From Octopus sinensis (taxonomy: Eukaryota), in contig NC_043000.1 in assembly GCF_006345805.1 (NCBI RefSeq), positions 24,800,001 to 24,864,000 of the forward strand: DNA of 64,000 nucleotides, given 5' to 3'. The position numbers and the translations under genes are program-made. The number at the start of each line of letters is the position of its first letter. Position 1 is the stretch's first letter. A model generated the notes under the pieces. The model had not been told where the DNA came from. It did not search any database and saw nothing but the letters and a program-made list of their open reading frames with translations. Positions 39,208-53,479 of this stretch are shown here, piece after piece.

Positions 39208-40819
39208 GCTTCAGTAGGGTCTTTTAGAAGTTCATTCCAGATGGAGCACACAGGCTTCTCTTTTAGTGGTTATGCAAAAGGTAAGATGGAAATTTCAAGA
39301 GATTTTGAAGTAGGTGTAAATAAATTTGTTCAAATTCTTGTCTATTAACAGACTTGGCAGTGTGGTGAAGAAACCTGCTTTGCAACCAATTGGTTCCAGG
39401 TTCAGTCCCACTGAGTGGCACCTTGGGCAAGTGTTTCTACTAAAGCACAGGGCTTGTGAGTGAATTTAGTAGGCAGAAACTGTATGGAAGCCCATCATAT
39501 ACATGTGTGTGAATATGTGTACCTTTGTGTTTTGTATCTACCCCTCCACCATTGCTTGACAATTGATGTTGGTTTATGTAACATAGAAGTTCAGCAAAAG
39601 CGACTAATAAAATAATTTGCTTGACTAAACCCTTCATGGCAGTGCTCCAGCATGGTTGCAATCCAATGACAGAAACAAGTAAAAGATAAAAGACAACTGC
39701 ATCTTCTGAATCAATAATTCACTTTCCGGCATAACGTATTTTGCTAAATTAGATTAAAAGGGGACATTATGATAAATATACCTGCAGGTCCTTTGAAGAT
39801 GGACTCGACTTTCATATGGAATTAAAATAAAATAATATATATGAACATATACAATAATGATAAAATAATAAATACCAAGCAAAGCATGGAACGGTTCGTC
39901 ATTTTTTGTTGCATTAAAGATCAATAAAACTTCATATATATATATATATATATGAAGAATACACATGTAATGATTTTATAATATAAAAATTAGCAAATTT
40001 TTATCATGGAATGGTTTGCTTTTGTTGTATTTAAGACCAATAAAATTTTTCAAAAATTTCAGTACATGGACATACATACAGACAGAGGAAGGATGAGTTA
40101 AAACAAATAATATAAATATTTATTTGGAAAAAGGCAACAGGCAAATTAGAATGGACCATATGAATTAAAACCATAGTCCGCACTATGCTTTGAAAAGCAA
40201 TTGAATGCATTATTAGAAATGCCATGAATAATAACAAAGTTTATCCAGATTATACATGGATGGTGCTAAAAGTGTGGGAAAATCTATGTATCAAGGTAGA
40301 TTAGATCATAAAAATATAGGAATTATCAGGTAAGATGATCAGTCAGACTAAATCTGTGTTAGAGACACCGATGAGCTGTATTTTTCTTTTCTTTTATACG
40401 GATTGATGAAGAAGTGTATACAAATAGATTGCCCTTTGGCAGTGAGAATAATGGATGTGAAACCCATCAAAAGACAAAAAGCAATATAACATCAAAACAA
40501 GGATACACACAAACACACATATATATGACAGGCTTATTTCAGTTTACATCTATGAAATCCATTTAAAAGGCTTTGGTCAGCCCAAGGCTTTAGTAGAAGA
40601 CACTTGCTCATGGTGCTGTGCAATCAGACTGAACTCAAAACCAGATGACTGAGAAGCAAACTTCTTAAGCCCACAACCACACAGTAATGATAAAAGCTAT
40701 ACCTGATGATGCACAGTATGGCACAGTATGTTAGCTGATACCTGACATTCGCTAGAATTACTTCACACAATGCCCACATGGCCTAAAGAAATTACAACAT
40801 GAAACAGATGCACCAACGG

Positions 40820-41250
40820 ATTTTGAAAAAGTTCCTAATTTCGGTAAATGCATACATTTGCTGGTTAGAGGTAAAAAGAAGAAATAAGCAGAAACAGTTT
40901 GGTAGATTTCAAAAATTTTGCTACTAGAAATGGAAATGGTGTTCTAAACACATTAGGGTTTGACAAAACCTAACGGTTTGTGTATATGGTTTGACAAGAT
41001 CAGGTGTAAACCCATGAAAATGCCTGTCTATCATCTCAAATCAAATGGAATTGCTGAAAGAATAGTCACAGGTGTTGAAATGGATCTAAAAGCATATTCA
41101 CCAGGTAATGGTTTTACTAATGAATATTTTAAGCCAGATGCATTTGAGATATCAGTCAATACCTTATTTAGGAAAACTTCTTAGTTCACCTGTCTTTGAT
41201 GGACAGGCAAGTATGATAATCATTAATGATGCCACTTGAAGCTGCAGCTC
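40820..41250 (+). mobile_element. Ty3/Gypsy integrase core remnant
   Basis: FLISVNAYICWLEV and PVYHLKSNGIAERIV resemble VDAYSKWLE and PxYHPxSNGxAER. Confidence 0.75.
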
Positions 41251-41419
41251 TAGTCTGATATTGATGCAGAGGAATAAGGAATACTTCATTCAATATTATT
41301 ATTATTGTTATTTTGTGCTTTGGAATCTTCAGACACCCAACATTTATTTGACAAGTCATGCAATGCCTCATTTCCATGTACAAGTGATAGGTTTGTTTTC
41401 TGTGTTCACTCACCGTGCT

Positions 41420-41730
41420 GGAGACATGTAAAAAGCACCGTCCGAATGTGGCAGATGCCTGTGCCACCTTGACTGGCATCCGTGTCAGTGGCACGTAAAA
41501 GCACCAACCGATCGTGGCCGTTTGCCAGCCTGCTCTGGCCCCTGTGCCGGTGGCACGTAAAAAGCACCCACTACACTCACAGAGTGGTTGGCGTTAGGAA
41601 GGGCATCCAGCTGTAGAAACTCTGCCAGATCAGACTGGAGCCTGGTGCAGCCTCCATGGCTTCCAGACCCCGGTCGAACCATCCAACCCATGCTAGCATG
41701 GAAAACAGACATTAAATGAAGATGATGATG
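41420..41730 (+). mobile_element. RTE 3' UTR copy with tandem units
   Basis: Homologous to 2150-2470. Confidence 0.88.
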
Positions 41731-42809
41731 ACTCACATTATTGGTTTTTGATACAGACAAACTTTATTGGTTGAACAGAAGAAAAATATTTATCTTTTCT
41801 AACATAACTTTAATGACCTCTGTTCCTTTGAGCCGGTTGATCTTATAAATACATCACTCAGGCATCTCTGCAACCATTCCACTTCCCACCTTTTGGCATT
41901 GTTGCAATTTTGGTGCTTCCATCCATTCTTGAGCTTACATCAGCCATTAAGACCAATCCTTTCTTCCCAGAACATCCAACCCTCTGGAATCTTCTTGCTC
42001 ATGTCTCTCCTGCAGTGTTGTGTTCAACATTTTACATGGAACATTAATTGCTTCAAGCTCACTGGTCTTAGAGAACCCGCAAAAGTCATGGACATCATTC
42101 CACCTTCAGCAATAACTTACAATATACACAGTGTATTAATTCAAAAATAAATGAAGGGGGCAAGTTGTTTTTACATTACTGCCATCAACAACCATCAATC
42201 GCAGAGAAGCCAACAATATAAACAAATAGAGTGAATGATGGAAGCCTGCTAAAAAGAGCAGCCAAGTCTTACTCAGGCTTCACCCTCTCACCATAAATAA
42301 GAAAAAAAATATTGAATGTTGGTCAGGAGTTACTATATGAACCAAACAGGATGTTGGTGGCCAGAATGCCTGATCATAAATCTGCTCAGTCAGGGCTGAT
42401 GTGGGGCTAAACAACCTCCACCACCACTTCTATACAAAATGGACCACCACTACTAATAACAATGATTAGTCACATAAACCTACAGTAACATCAGTAACAG
42501 CTTCTTTTCACTAAATAAGAACAGTTCCATAGATACCATTATGTTATTCTAAAGCATGAACAAGTTCAATGAAGTACTAACAAGCTGGTAGATATTTCCT
42601 AGTGGAATATATTGATTAGTAGTTTTCACAATAATCAATTGAAATGCTGTTTACTGTGTTTGTTTCGAATTAACACTTAAGTAAAGAACAGTCATGTTAT
42701 TGTTTTTATAAAGCACGAGCTGAGAAGTTCGATGCACCAACTCCAGCATGCAATCCTCAGAAGAGGAGAAAGCAGTAAAAAACCCAAACTTGCTTTACTC
42801 CAATTCAGT

Positions 42810-43040
42810 TTTTATTCCTGTCTTCATTATGGTTGTGAATGTTGGGGAAATGACAAACAATACAATCATGAATTCAACCAGCTGAAATGGGGATTTCTGC
42901 AAAGGATTTGGGGTGATGTTACTCAACAGGGTACAAAGTTTGGAGATCAGAGAATCTCTCCCGGTTGAGTTGATACTTCTCTACAATGAGAAGTCAGAGT
43001 TCTGATACTACAGACATGGTTAGAATGCTGCAGAAAAGGA
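42810..43040 (+). mobile_element. RTE C-terminal remnant
   Basis: LHYGCECW, then IQPAEMG / GFLQRI in shifted frames. Confidence 0.6.
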
Positions 43041-43178
43041 TCCTAAACTTCCAGTTTAATGAACATTCTTTTGCAGTGGACAACAAGCAAATAACAGTGA
43101 GAAAAGAGATACGAAGTCTCTTATACAAAGACATACACAAGAATATGCACAAACACATGATGGGCCTCTTTTAGTTTC

Positions 43179-43582
43179 TTATTTCTTTATTGCCCACAAG
43201 GGGCTAAACAAAGAGGGGACAAACAAAGACAGAAAAAGGGATTAAGTCGATTACATCGACCCCAGTGCATAAATGGTACTTAATTTATTGACCCTGAAAG
43301 GATGAAAGGCAAAGTCAACCTAGGCAGAATTTGAACTCAGAACGTAACGGCAGACGAAATACCTATTTCTTTATTACCCACAAGGGCTAAACATAGAGGG
43401 GACAAACAAGGACAGACATAGGTATTAAGTTGATTACATCGACCCCAGTGCGTAACTGGTACTTAATTTATCGATCCCGAAAGGATGAAATGCAAAGTTG
43501 ACTTTGGCGGAATTTGAACTCACAACATAACGGCAGACAAAATACCACGAAACATTTTGCCCGGCGTGCTAACGTTTCTGCC
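43179..43582 (-). mobile_element. Dimeric SINE family B, second copy
   Basis: Same dimer junction GAAATACC|TATTTCTTT as 31866-32280. Confidence 0.88.
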
Positions 43583-44776
43583 AACCAAATTCACTAACAA
43601 GACCTCGATTGATGCAAGGTTTTAGTAGAAGATACTAACCCAAGGTGGCATGTTAGTGGGACTGAACCAAAAACCACATGGTTGAAATCCAAACTTCCCA
43701 ACCGCACAGCCATGCCTGCACCTATAACCTAATAACTGATGTATTGAAAAAAAATGTTTATTTTCCTTAGGAACCAGCCACATGAATATAAACTTTGATT
43801 GCATAAATAACCAAATGAAAATAATGAAGAAACTATGATTTAATTTCAGGAAACATATTTAAAGTGATTATTTCAAAATGCACACTTAATGACATTCTCA
43901 CATTCCTCTCCATCAAAAGCTGCCAGTGTGGAAACAATACTGAACACAGATTCTATTTTTAAGTTTAGTAGTTATTAAATGACATTTTCCTTCACCATTT
44001 GAAACAAGATTAGGGGTGCCAAACTCAAATAAAAATACAAAATACACTTTCTCCTATTTCATTTACCAAATTTTTCTTTATGGAAAAAAAAATTTTTAAA
44101 AAAAGGTATAAAAATATGGAAAATTACATTTATAAACAGTCTTCTTTATGAATTATAAGAATTATATTTATAACTTGTAAATTATATTTGAGTGAAAATT
44201 TTACTGTTTTTACGTTCTGATAGTTTTCTCTTCTATAAAATTTGACAAATGAATGCTTTGCAATTAATGTTCCATTAACAGAACAACAGCACTTCTATGG
44301 AGCTCAAGTTCAACTTATTACAATCTGCAGGCTAGTGGATATTGATTAAGGACAAACATGTTCCATGCTTCCAATATAAGCTGAAAAGTTATGTAAGTAC
44401 AAAGTTCAGAAATATGCTCCAAAAATTAAATTACAACAGCAGGATTTAAATTTATTACTCTTGTTCTTATAATTTTTTTCCCACTGTTTAAATAGAATAA
44501 TCTTCTTCTGGCTAATAAGGAAGTAAGAGGGGGGAATGTGAGAGAGTGAATGCTGGCATATTACCAGTACTTGTTTTATTACCTATAGAGAGGTGAAAGA
44601 CAATGCCAATATTTGTGAAATTTGAATTCAGAGAATGAATATAAAATTAAATACTCAGGTAAGTCATTTAATGGTATATCTCAATGAAAAATAATAGTTT
44701 GCAATATGTTTCATTAAAAACCCCTTGGATGAAAAGAGCTGACACAAGATACTCTTCCTAACACCAATCATTGTAA

Positions 44777-45211
44777 CTCTTTAGCATTTAAACTAACCAT
44801 ATCCAGCCAAAATATTCTTTTTTACTCTAGACACAAGGCCCAAAATTTTTGTGGGGGTGGGGTCAGTCGATTATATTGACTCCAGTACACAACTGGCATG
44901 TAATTTATTGACCCCGAAAGGATGAAAGACAAAGTCAACCTCAGCGGTATTTGAACTCAGAACGTAAAGACAGACAAAATTCCACTAAGCATTTGACCAG
45001 TTTCTGCCAGTTTGCTGCCTTCCAGCCACAACGTTCTGCCAGTTTAATGTTCAAACTGGCCAGATCTGATTTCTCATGATTAACCAACAACATCATTCCG
45101 AAAACAATCACATCATTGAAATCCTGAAGCTATGATATAATGCATCAGTAATTTAGAACAATGTGAATCGACACACATTAAATTTGAGAGAATAATCTAA
45201 ATACTAAAGGG
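44777..45211. mobile_element. piggyBac-like MITE with nested SINE B variant
   Basis: Ends ...TACTAAAGGG|TTAA. The SINE at 44819-45020 is flanked by a degenerate TSD TCCAGCCA.AA..TTCT. Confidence 0.72.
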
Positions 45212-45264
45212 TTAAAGCATGTACAGGGTGTTTTTTCATATCACTAGTACTTGATTAGGATTTT

Positions 45265-45775
45265 GATAATCAAAATCACAATCAAATGGAAATTGTAGTT
45301 GTGGCCCATGCCAGTGCCGCATGACTGGCTCCTGTGCTGGTGGCACACAAGCACGATTCATGCGTGGGTCATTGCTTGACTGGCTCCCATGCTGGTGGCA
45401 TGCTATAAGCACCATTCATGCGTGGGTCATTGCCAGTGCCGCCTGACTGGCTCCCCGTTCTGGTGACACATAAAAAGTACCATCTGAACATGGTTGATGC
45501 CAGCCCCCCTGCCCTGACTGGCTCCTGTGCCAGTAGAATGTAAAAAACACCATCCAAACGTAGCTGATGCCAGTGGCACCTGACTGGTGCCAGTGCCGGT
45601 GGCATGTAAAAAGCACCCACTACACTCTCAGAGTGGTTGGCATTAGGAAGAGCATCCAGCTTTAGAAACTTTGCCAGATCAGATTGAAGCCTGGTGCAGC
45701 CTACTGGCTTGCCAGTCCTCAGTCAGACCGTCCAACCCATGCCAGCATGGAAAACGGACGTTAAACGATGATGAT
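45265..45775 (+). mobile_element. RTE 3' UTR copy with ~5 tandem units
   Basis: Repeated TGACTGGCTCC..TGCTGGTGGCA...AGCACCAT units and a GAT tail. Confidence 0.85.
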
Positions 45776-48611
45776 GGCACTAGTGAGGTCAACATGCAAC
45801 TAGCAACACTATGAAAATTGAAGTATGTGCGTGTGTGGGACTTTATGCTAGGAATTGAAGGTTTAAAGTATATGAGGAACAAAGTGAAGAGCAGACTCTT
45901 GTAGAGGAACTATATGACACTATATGTATATATATATATAGTTGAAAAATATCATTATAGGTATAAAAATACCATAAACAATTATAGAAAAATGGAGGAG
46001 AAAAAGATGTTGAATCAAAATTAGATTCAATACAAAATAGTATTCAATACATATGCACGTTTCAAAGGACAATACAAATATGTAAGAAAAAAATTTTTGT
46101 AAGGACATCAAAAAAAGTTTTAATAGAATAAGATAAATTAAAATAAGATACAATAAGGGAGGATACAAGTGGGGTAATAGAGAAAAAAACTGGATATTTG
46201 CATTCAAGTTTTAAAAGGGGAAAAAGTAACAGTAATAATCATAGTAAGAGAGATGAAAGGGGAGGAAAAAAAGACAGACATATCAATGTGTATGCACGTC
46301 TATATGTGCAGTAAACTATAACATAAAAATAAGAATGAAAAGCTAATGGGTATGTATGGCTATATATATATATATCACACATATTAGTCGGTCTGAGACT
46401 ACAGCAGAAAACCTTCTCGCAAGACACCATGCTATGGGACCAAATCAAAAACCAAAACCACATAGTTACAATGTGAACTTCCCAACCACACACCCCTGCT
46501 GGTTTCTAAAGCCATGTTTAAAGGTTTCATAAGCACAGACTACAAATTACTTAATCATATCAAGTAAAATAATTAGCTTTTAGCAGATATTTTGATCCAT
46601 TTGATGAAAAGTTGTCTCCCTTGTTAGAACCTTCTTGACATTTAAAGGAAAGAAATTTTGCATCTCTTCTTTAGTTCATACAATTCCACAAGTTCCATGA
46701 AATGTCAGAGTTTCTTCAGTGATATTGTACTTTCTCTCTCAGCCTGTATAAAGTGTTTTATATACAAGATATAAGCATGCTTCAAGTGGATCATTAAAAG
46801 TATTTACGAGAAGATTACTAACGGCAATTTTTGTTTTTGAGGATTTGAGGATGATTTCAAAGCTTCAAGCTAAGCAAAAATAATCAAAACTGCATTTGTT
46901 AATGAGAACCAACAGATGTTTTGAAGGTAAGCAGTCTGAAGAATATCACAATAAAGTGAACAAATTCTTTTAAATTTTCATTTCAAATAGTAAAATCTGC
47001 CACCTTACAACCCCCCTGACCTACACCTACGTCCTCCACCTTCTCCTCAAACTGATATTCCTGTTTGACCACACTCTCACCATCTTCACCACTCGCTGCA
47101 TTTCCTTCTATCCCCATTCTTATCCATTTACCACTCTGCTTCACATTCTTACCCACCCACATTACCCCCTCTTATATTCCCCTTCCTGTACCTTAAGGGC
47201 ACACCCTCATACATCTTTATTTCATTATATTGGTCATAAGGCCTTACACAATGAAACGAAGCTGCGGGCTGGACGTAGACATAATGTTATATGAAAATGA
47301 TGATTAATGGGGAAAAAAACGATGTCCACCGATCAATTTTTCCCATGAACATTGATCTTTTGTATATTGTTCATGAGGCAACAAACCTCTACACTGTTCA
47401 CAATATTCAATAACAAAATAAGGTGCTAAGCCTCTTACCTTTCTTTCCAAACTTGGAACTTTCAATAGTTCTCGCAAGACACCATGCCATGGGGCCACCC
47501 TGATACATCTTAACCACCGTCCTCTTCCTTTTCCATCTGGGGTTACCACATATCTCTCTACAGCAAGATACTCATTCCTGACACTTTATGATACTTTAAC
47601 AGCTTGTCACCTGGCATAAAGCCACCTCCCTCAGTGCTACTCCACCCCTTGGTAACCTCCCTCAGTTGAGTGGTGTCTTATCTTGTAAGTTACTTGGTGA
47701 CTACAAATGCTGATACCATATAAAAAGCACCCAGTATACTTTGTAAAGTGGTTCATGTAAAGAAGGGCACCCAGCCATAGAAACCACGCCCACACAGACG
47801 TGAGGGCTTGGCATAGTCCTCTGGCTTGTTGGTTCCTGTCAAACTGTCCAGCCAATGACTGCATGGAAAACAGATGTATGATGATGATTATGACGATGAT
47901 GATAATGATGAGGAAGATGAACAGGATAAATCTGTGTAGTGAGTGGGGGGAGGGGAGTTTCAACATTTTGGGGGAGGAGATTTCTTTAGTAAAATGTATT
48001 AAGATGTATTAAAAGGCTGGGAATGAAATTTCCTAACATTTCTTGTTGCTTTGGAAAAAGAATGTTGTCTGTAAGTCAGAATTCTTGAGGTACATGAACT
48101 TACTACATGATTCATTAGTTTGTTTTAGGTCTGTTTTTTCATGCTTGCATGGGTTAGATGAATAAGCTATTGAGGTATTGTCTTACAGTCATATGTTATT
48201 CCTGCTGCTAACCCTCGCCTGTTTTTCATGGAAAGGACCTCTTATTCCATGTGGATTTGAAGGTGTGAAGTGAGCAGAAGATCTGTTGACAGGAGAGCAA
48301 GCAACACCATCATCACATCTTGTAACTTTCATACAAATGAAGCAGATGTAAACAGGCAGGCAGGCATACATAATGGCTGTCCACTCCTGACCGAGAAAAA
48401 CCATCAATGACCGTTGCCCATGCAAAATGTCAGCAATGTTTGTGCATCCAATTATTGCATCCATGGTCATCTTCACCTGGGCTTGTGCCCTTGGCTTCCA
48501 TGCTTGCTGCGATAACCTCCTACTCGACCAAGCAATGGAGAATCGCAATCATGCAACTTATTATTTTAGGTCGAATAAGATTTGCACAACACCTCACAGA
48601 TCCTCTCCACT

Positions 48612-48845
48612 TAAGGCGGCAAGCTGGCAGAAACGTAAGCACACCAGGCAAAATACTTATCAGTATTTCATCTGCCGTTACATTCTGAGTTCAAATTCTG
48701 CTGAGGTCGACTTTGCATTTCATCCTTTTGGGGTCGATAAATTAAGTACCAGTTATGCACTGGGGTCGATGTAATCGACTTAATCCATTTATCTGTCCTT
48801 GTTTGTCCCCTCTATGTTTAGCCCCTTGTGGGCAATAAAGAAATA
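48612..48845 (+). mobile_element. SINE family B, full length
   Basis: Exact 16-bp TSD ACAGATCCTCTCCACT (48596-48611, 48846-48861). Confidence 0.93.
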
Positions 48846-51554
48846 ACAGATCCTCTCCACTCTATTGACATGATCCAGAGACAAGCCATACACATCTGCA
48901 CATACATACAAACAACAGTCTTTTAATTTCTGTCATCCAAATCCACTTGGTCAGTCCAAAGCTATTCTACAAAATACTTGCCCACTGTGCTGCACTAACT
49001 ACTCTATTTTTATCTTTTTTCATTTGCTGTAGCTGCCCATCACTAGTTGCCATAGTTTTGACATCTTTTACTTTATAAAAATCAAAAAAATTCAACAAAA
49101 AAAAAACCTACTCAAATTAGCTACATTTTTATGCATTTATTTTAGCATCAATTGAAAGGTTGTCAGACGGTTGAATAAAGTCCGAGAAGAGTAAAACAGT
49201 TGATTCCACAAAATCATTCATGCATTTTTTTTTCTCCCAGTTGCAATAAATTCATTTTGTTTCTTTACAATGACACCTAGCAAAGTTAGTATTCATGTTA
49301 TGTCCACGGAAAACAAAAACAAAGCAAACAATAAAATACAATCTTTTTTCCTCTCTTTTTCAAATTTCCCTTCAAATTACAAAAGTCACATTTGCGAAAT
49401 ATTGCATGTATGGCAAAGAAAACTGTCTTGCAATAATTTCTTTTTCACTAATACGGTATTATTATCAGACAAGTTTTTGGTTTTTTTCTGTGGTGTATGT
49501 GTGTGTGTGTGTAGGAATTCCTTAATCCTTTTTTATTTAAACTAGCCATATCGGGTCCAAATATTCTTTTACTCTTTTCTTGTTTGTCATTTGACTGTGG
49601 CCATGCTGGAGCATTGTCTTTAGTTGAGCAAATTGACCCCAGGACTTATTCTTTGGAAGCCTAGTACTTATTCTATCAGTCTCTTTTGCCAAACCGCTAA
49701 GTTATGGGGACGTAAACACACCAGCATCGGTTGTGTAGCAATGTTGTGGGGACAAATACAGACAAACTATTACCTGTGATCAGGTGAGGTAACATTTCCC
49801 TATGGCTAGCCATGCTTTTGCAGAATATAAGAAATGAATAACAGTGCTTGGATGATTTGACATTAATTTATTACTACCATATTTATTATGTCCCTGTAAC
49901 TTAGCAGTTCAGCAAAAAGAGACCGATAGAATAAGTACTAGGCTTACAAAGAATAAATTCTTGGGTTAATTTGCTCAACTAAAGGTGGTGCTCTAGCATG
50001 GCTGCAGTCAAATGACTGAAACAAGTAAAAGAGAAAGAGAGAGTATATCAAGATGAGACAAACACACACAGCTTCTTCCAGCCTTTGCCTGCCAAATCCT
50101 CTCACAAGGCTCAGAGCTATAGTAGAAGACACTTGCCATGGACTGAAGCCAGAACCATACAGCCATGCATGTGCTGGTTTGGATGTAAGAAATCCATGTA
50201 TTTCATATTTCAAAATAAGCGATTATTGAAAGTGGAATATTGAATAAATTTCTTTTTTCTTGCTCATCAATGTTGCAGTATTTCCCATTCTTTTTCTATT
50301 CATATAGAAAAAGACAATAATTAATCAATAACATCTACTCTGGGTCTCCCGTTTTGTTATTTGCAACTATGAAACATCCAAGTGGCAAAAAAAAAAGAGA
50401 AAACATAGAAATTATAAGTACAGAAGTGTAAAATGCAGTATAAAAGGTGAGATTTCTAGGTCAGATTCCTATTCAGTTGTGAAGTTTATTCAGCTACAAA
50501 TGTTCCATTGTGGCGGACGTCTCTGATAAACAGCCATCAGAAAATGCATAGAAATAATGGGTGAATATTCTATGACCACAACATATATAATCGCTTTGAT
50601 TGTTATTAGTTCAAGGAGATTTTCTCCAGTGAAGACTTCTTCCAGTTGGATGCCTGTTGCCATCACAAACCATTTTGCAAGAATGTAAAATTAGATCTTT
50701 ACAAAATGGTAGCATACCAAAGAGATTATTTCTTACAAGTGAAGTGCATTGTACAGCAATTTTCTCAATCCAATTCACATTTCCTTATCCAGCTATTTTA
50801 ACTAATTTATTCTGGTCTGTGATTTACAGCTTGGTTTACTCCTACACATTCTAATCCTTATGTTATTTATTTGACCTTTGAAGAAAATGATGCTATATTG
50901 ATGATATAAAATACAGCTTTTAAGTTTTCTTTGGAGGCTATAAATGTTCAAATTACACTCGGTGCTAGGCAACTCTTGAATAAAACTTATCACTAAAATA
51001 TCAGTCAGCTTATTGTGAAAATGCAAAATAAAATGTGCGAAAAATTAATGGGAAAATGTAGATATATATAAAATCAAAACATATATATATATATATATAT
51101 ATAGTAAATTAAGAAATTTTCTTTTCCCATGCTCCCAAATGGTGATTAAATGAAGGAAATAAAGAATATTCAGATATTTTAGAAGAGTATAAATCTTTGA
51201 TAAAGTAGACTTTATCTAGTGGAATCTATCCAATTCTTGACATTGCATGTGGGAATAAATGTATATTACGTTTTACATTTTTCACCTTTTAAGCATTTTT
51301 TTATAAAAACACATATTCGGCATTTTATGTTTTTAAAGTAATGAGGATGCACACACATATACATACATACATACACACACACACAGAAGCATGGACATGA
51401 CATTAGGCAAATATTACATACTAATAGTAAGGATATATTAGAGAATTTAAATATTTAAATTTGACTCACATTTCAAATTATTCAAGGCTATAACAAGAGT
51501 GTCTATGGGTCATTGGGGAGGGGGGGCATTCCTTTGAAGGAAGTTGACATAACA

Positions 51555-51555
<1 letters not shown>

Positions 51556-51607
<52 letters not shown>

Positions 51608-51698
51608 CATACATATATGCATACATACATGCATACATAAATACATACATACTTATACATATATACATACATATATACATGCATATACATACATATAA

Positions 51699-51731
<33 letters not shown>

Positions 51732-51946
51732 CATATATACACATACATACATATATATATACACACACACACATATATATATACACACACACACAATATA
51801 TATACACACACACACACCATATATATACACACACACACACACATATATATACACACACACACACACATATATATACACCACACACACACATATATATACA
51901 CACACACCACACACATATATATACACACACACACACACATATATAT

Positions 51947-52007
<61 letters not shown>

Positions 52008-52061
52008 AATTAGAGAAGAGCCACCATGTAGAATTCAACAATGATATACTTAAAACTTTAT

Positions 52062-52131
<70 letters not shown>
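51556..52131. repeat. Compound (TA)n/(CA)n microsatellite
   Basis: Direct reading; includes a higher-order (CA)n(TA)n alternation at ~51750-51965. Confidence 0.97.
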
Positions 52132-52133
<2 letters not shown>

Positions 52134-52264
52134 TATTTAGAGTGGATATATTTGACATCTATTTTTAGCATATAGACTCTGACATTCCAGAGCCCTTAAT
52201 TATAATCATATTTTATTATCATTTACTTAAAAGAAATAACAATATATATATATATATATATATA

Positions 52265-52466
52265 GTTAATCCAAACAAGAAAGCACAAAAAAACACAACA
52301 ATGCGAGGACATGGAACAAATATAGTATTATTGGACGCTAAGGAAAGAAGGAGGGTTTAATGTTTCGAGCGGAGCTGTTCGTCGGAAACATAGGAGAAGG
52401 AAAGATCCAGAGAAGGGAAGACAGAGGAAAAAAATCATCAACGGTACACACGCGGTCACATTTTGA
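52265..52466 (-). mobile_element. Short element in (TA)n carrying a hammerhead-like motif (PLE pLTR-like)
   Basis: CpG-rich ~200-bp segment with (TA)n on both sides; contains the motif at 52355-52389. Confidence 0.6.
52355..52389 (-). ncRNA. Minimal hammerhead-like motif (variant or decayed)
   Basis: Minus strand GTTT CCGACGA A CAGC TCC GCTC GAAA CATT AAAC. Stem I is GTTT/AAAC, the core has U4>C, and stem II is AGC/GCT. Confidence 0.5.
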
Positions 52467-52766
52467 ATATATATATATATATATGCATGTGCACACACAC
52501 ACACACATACAAACATGGATAAGACTATTCTGGAATAAATACAGAGAACCTCCTTGTTATTGAATACATTCAAATACAAGAGCACAAGCAATACACGTAG
52601 ACCATTCCCATCAAAACAGAAATTTCTAGTTCTGTATGTATAATTAACCAATATTCTACTAATCAAAATAATAATTATTGCCGATATTCGTTTAGTTGTC
52701 GAATCTGAGGAAATCTGATTAGTTAAAAATTATTGCATTATTGTATGAATTGGATGCAGCCATATT

Positions 52767-52980
52767 CTTTTCTGTTCTAGGCACAAGGCCAGAAATATTT
52801 GGGGAGGGTGGAGCAGTTGTTTAGATTGACCAAAGTGCCCAACAGGTATTCATTTTATTGACTCCAAAAGGATGAAAGATAAAGTCGACCTTGGCGGAAT
52901 TTGAACTCAGAACATAAAGACAGACGAAATACTGCTAAGCATTTCACCCACTGTGCTAACGTTTCTGCCAGCTTGCTGCC
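52767..52980 (-). mobile_element. SINE family B variant
   Basis: Exact 17-bp TSD TTGGATGCAGCCATATT (52750-52766, 52981-52997). Confidence 0.9.
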
Positions 52981-53479
52981 TTGGATGCAGCCATATTGGA
53001 ATGAAAAGTCCTTAAGTAATGCCATCTTTTATCTTTTACTTGTCTTATTCATTAGATTGTGCCCATGCTGGGGCACTGCCTTGAAGAATATTTAGTTGAA
53101 TGAATTAACTCCAGAGCTTTTTTTAAAGCCTGGTACTTATCCTACTGGTCTCTTTTACCGAACTGACAAGTTATAGGGATGTAAACAAACCAACACTGGC
53201 TGTTAAGCAGAGGTGGGGGACGAGATACACATGCATGCACACACGCACACACATACTTTCAGTTTCTGTCTACCAAATCTACTCAAGGCTTAGGTGGACC
53301 TGGTTCTATAGCTGACGACACTTGCCCAAGGTGCCACACAGTGGGACTGAACCTGGAACCATGAGGTTGGGAAGCAAACTACTTACTGCATAACCACACC
53401 ATACTTAAAATTATGAAATGATTCGCTGGGATAATACTCATACAACTGACTTTGATAATATTTAGGGAACAAGGTATGC

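Noticed and set aside
45300-45620. CRISPR-like array (regularly spaced AAAAAGCAC repeats)
   Set aside because: The 'spacers' are homologous to each other, the array is part of a LINE 3' UTR, there are no cas genes, and the context is eukaryotic.
46744-46927. Possible exon between TTTCTCTCTCAG and GTAAGC
   Set aside because: Stops occur in all three frames and there is no other support.
48189-48600. Overlapping ~100-aa ORFs in GC-richer sequence
   Set aside because: No recognisable domain or splice sites; most likely a decayed retroelement fragment.
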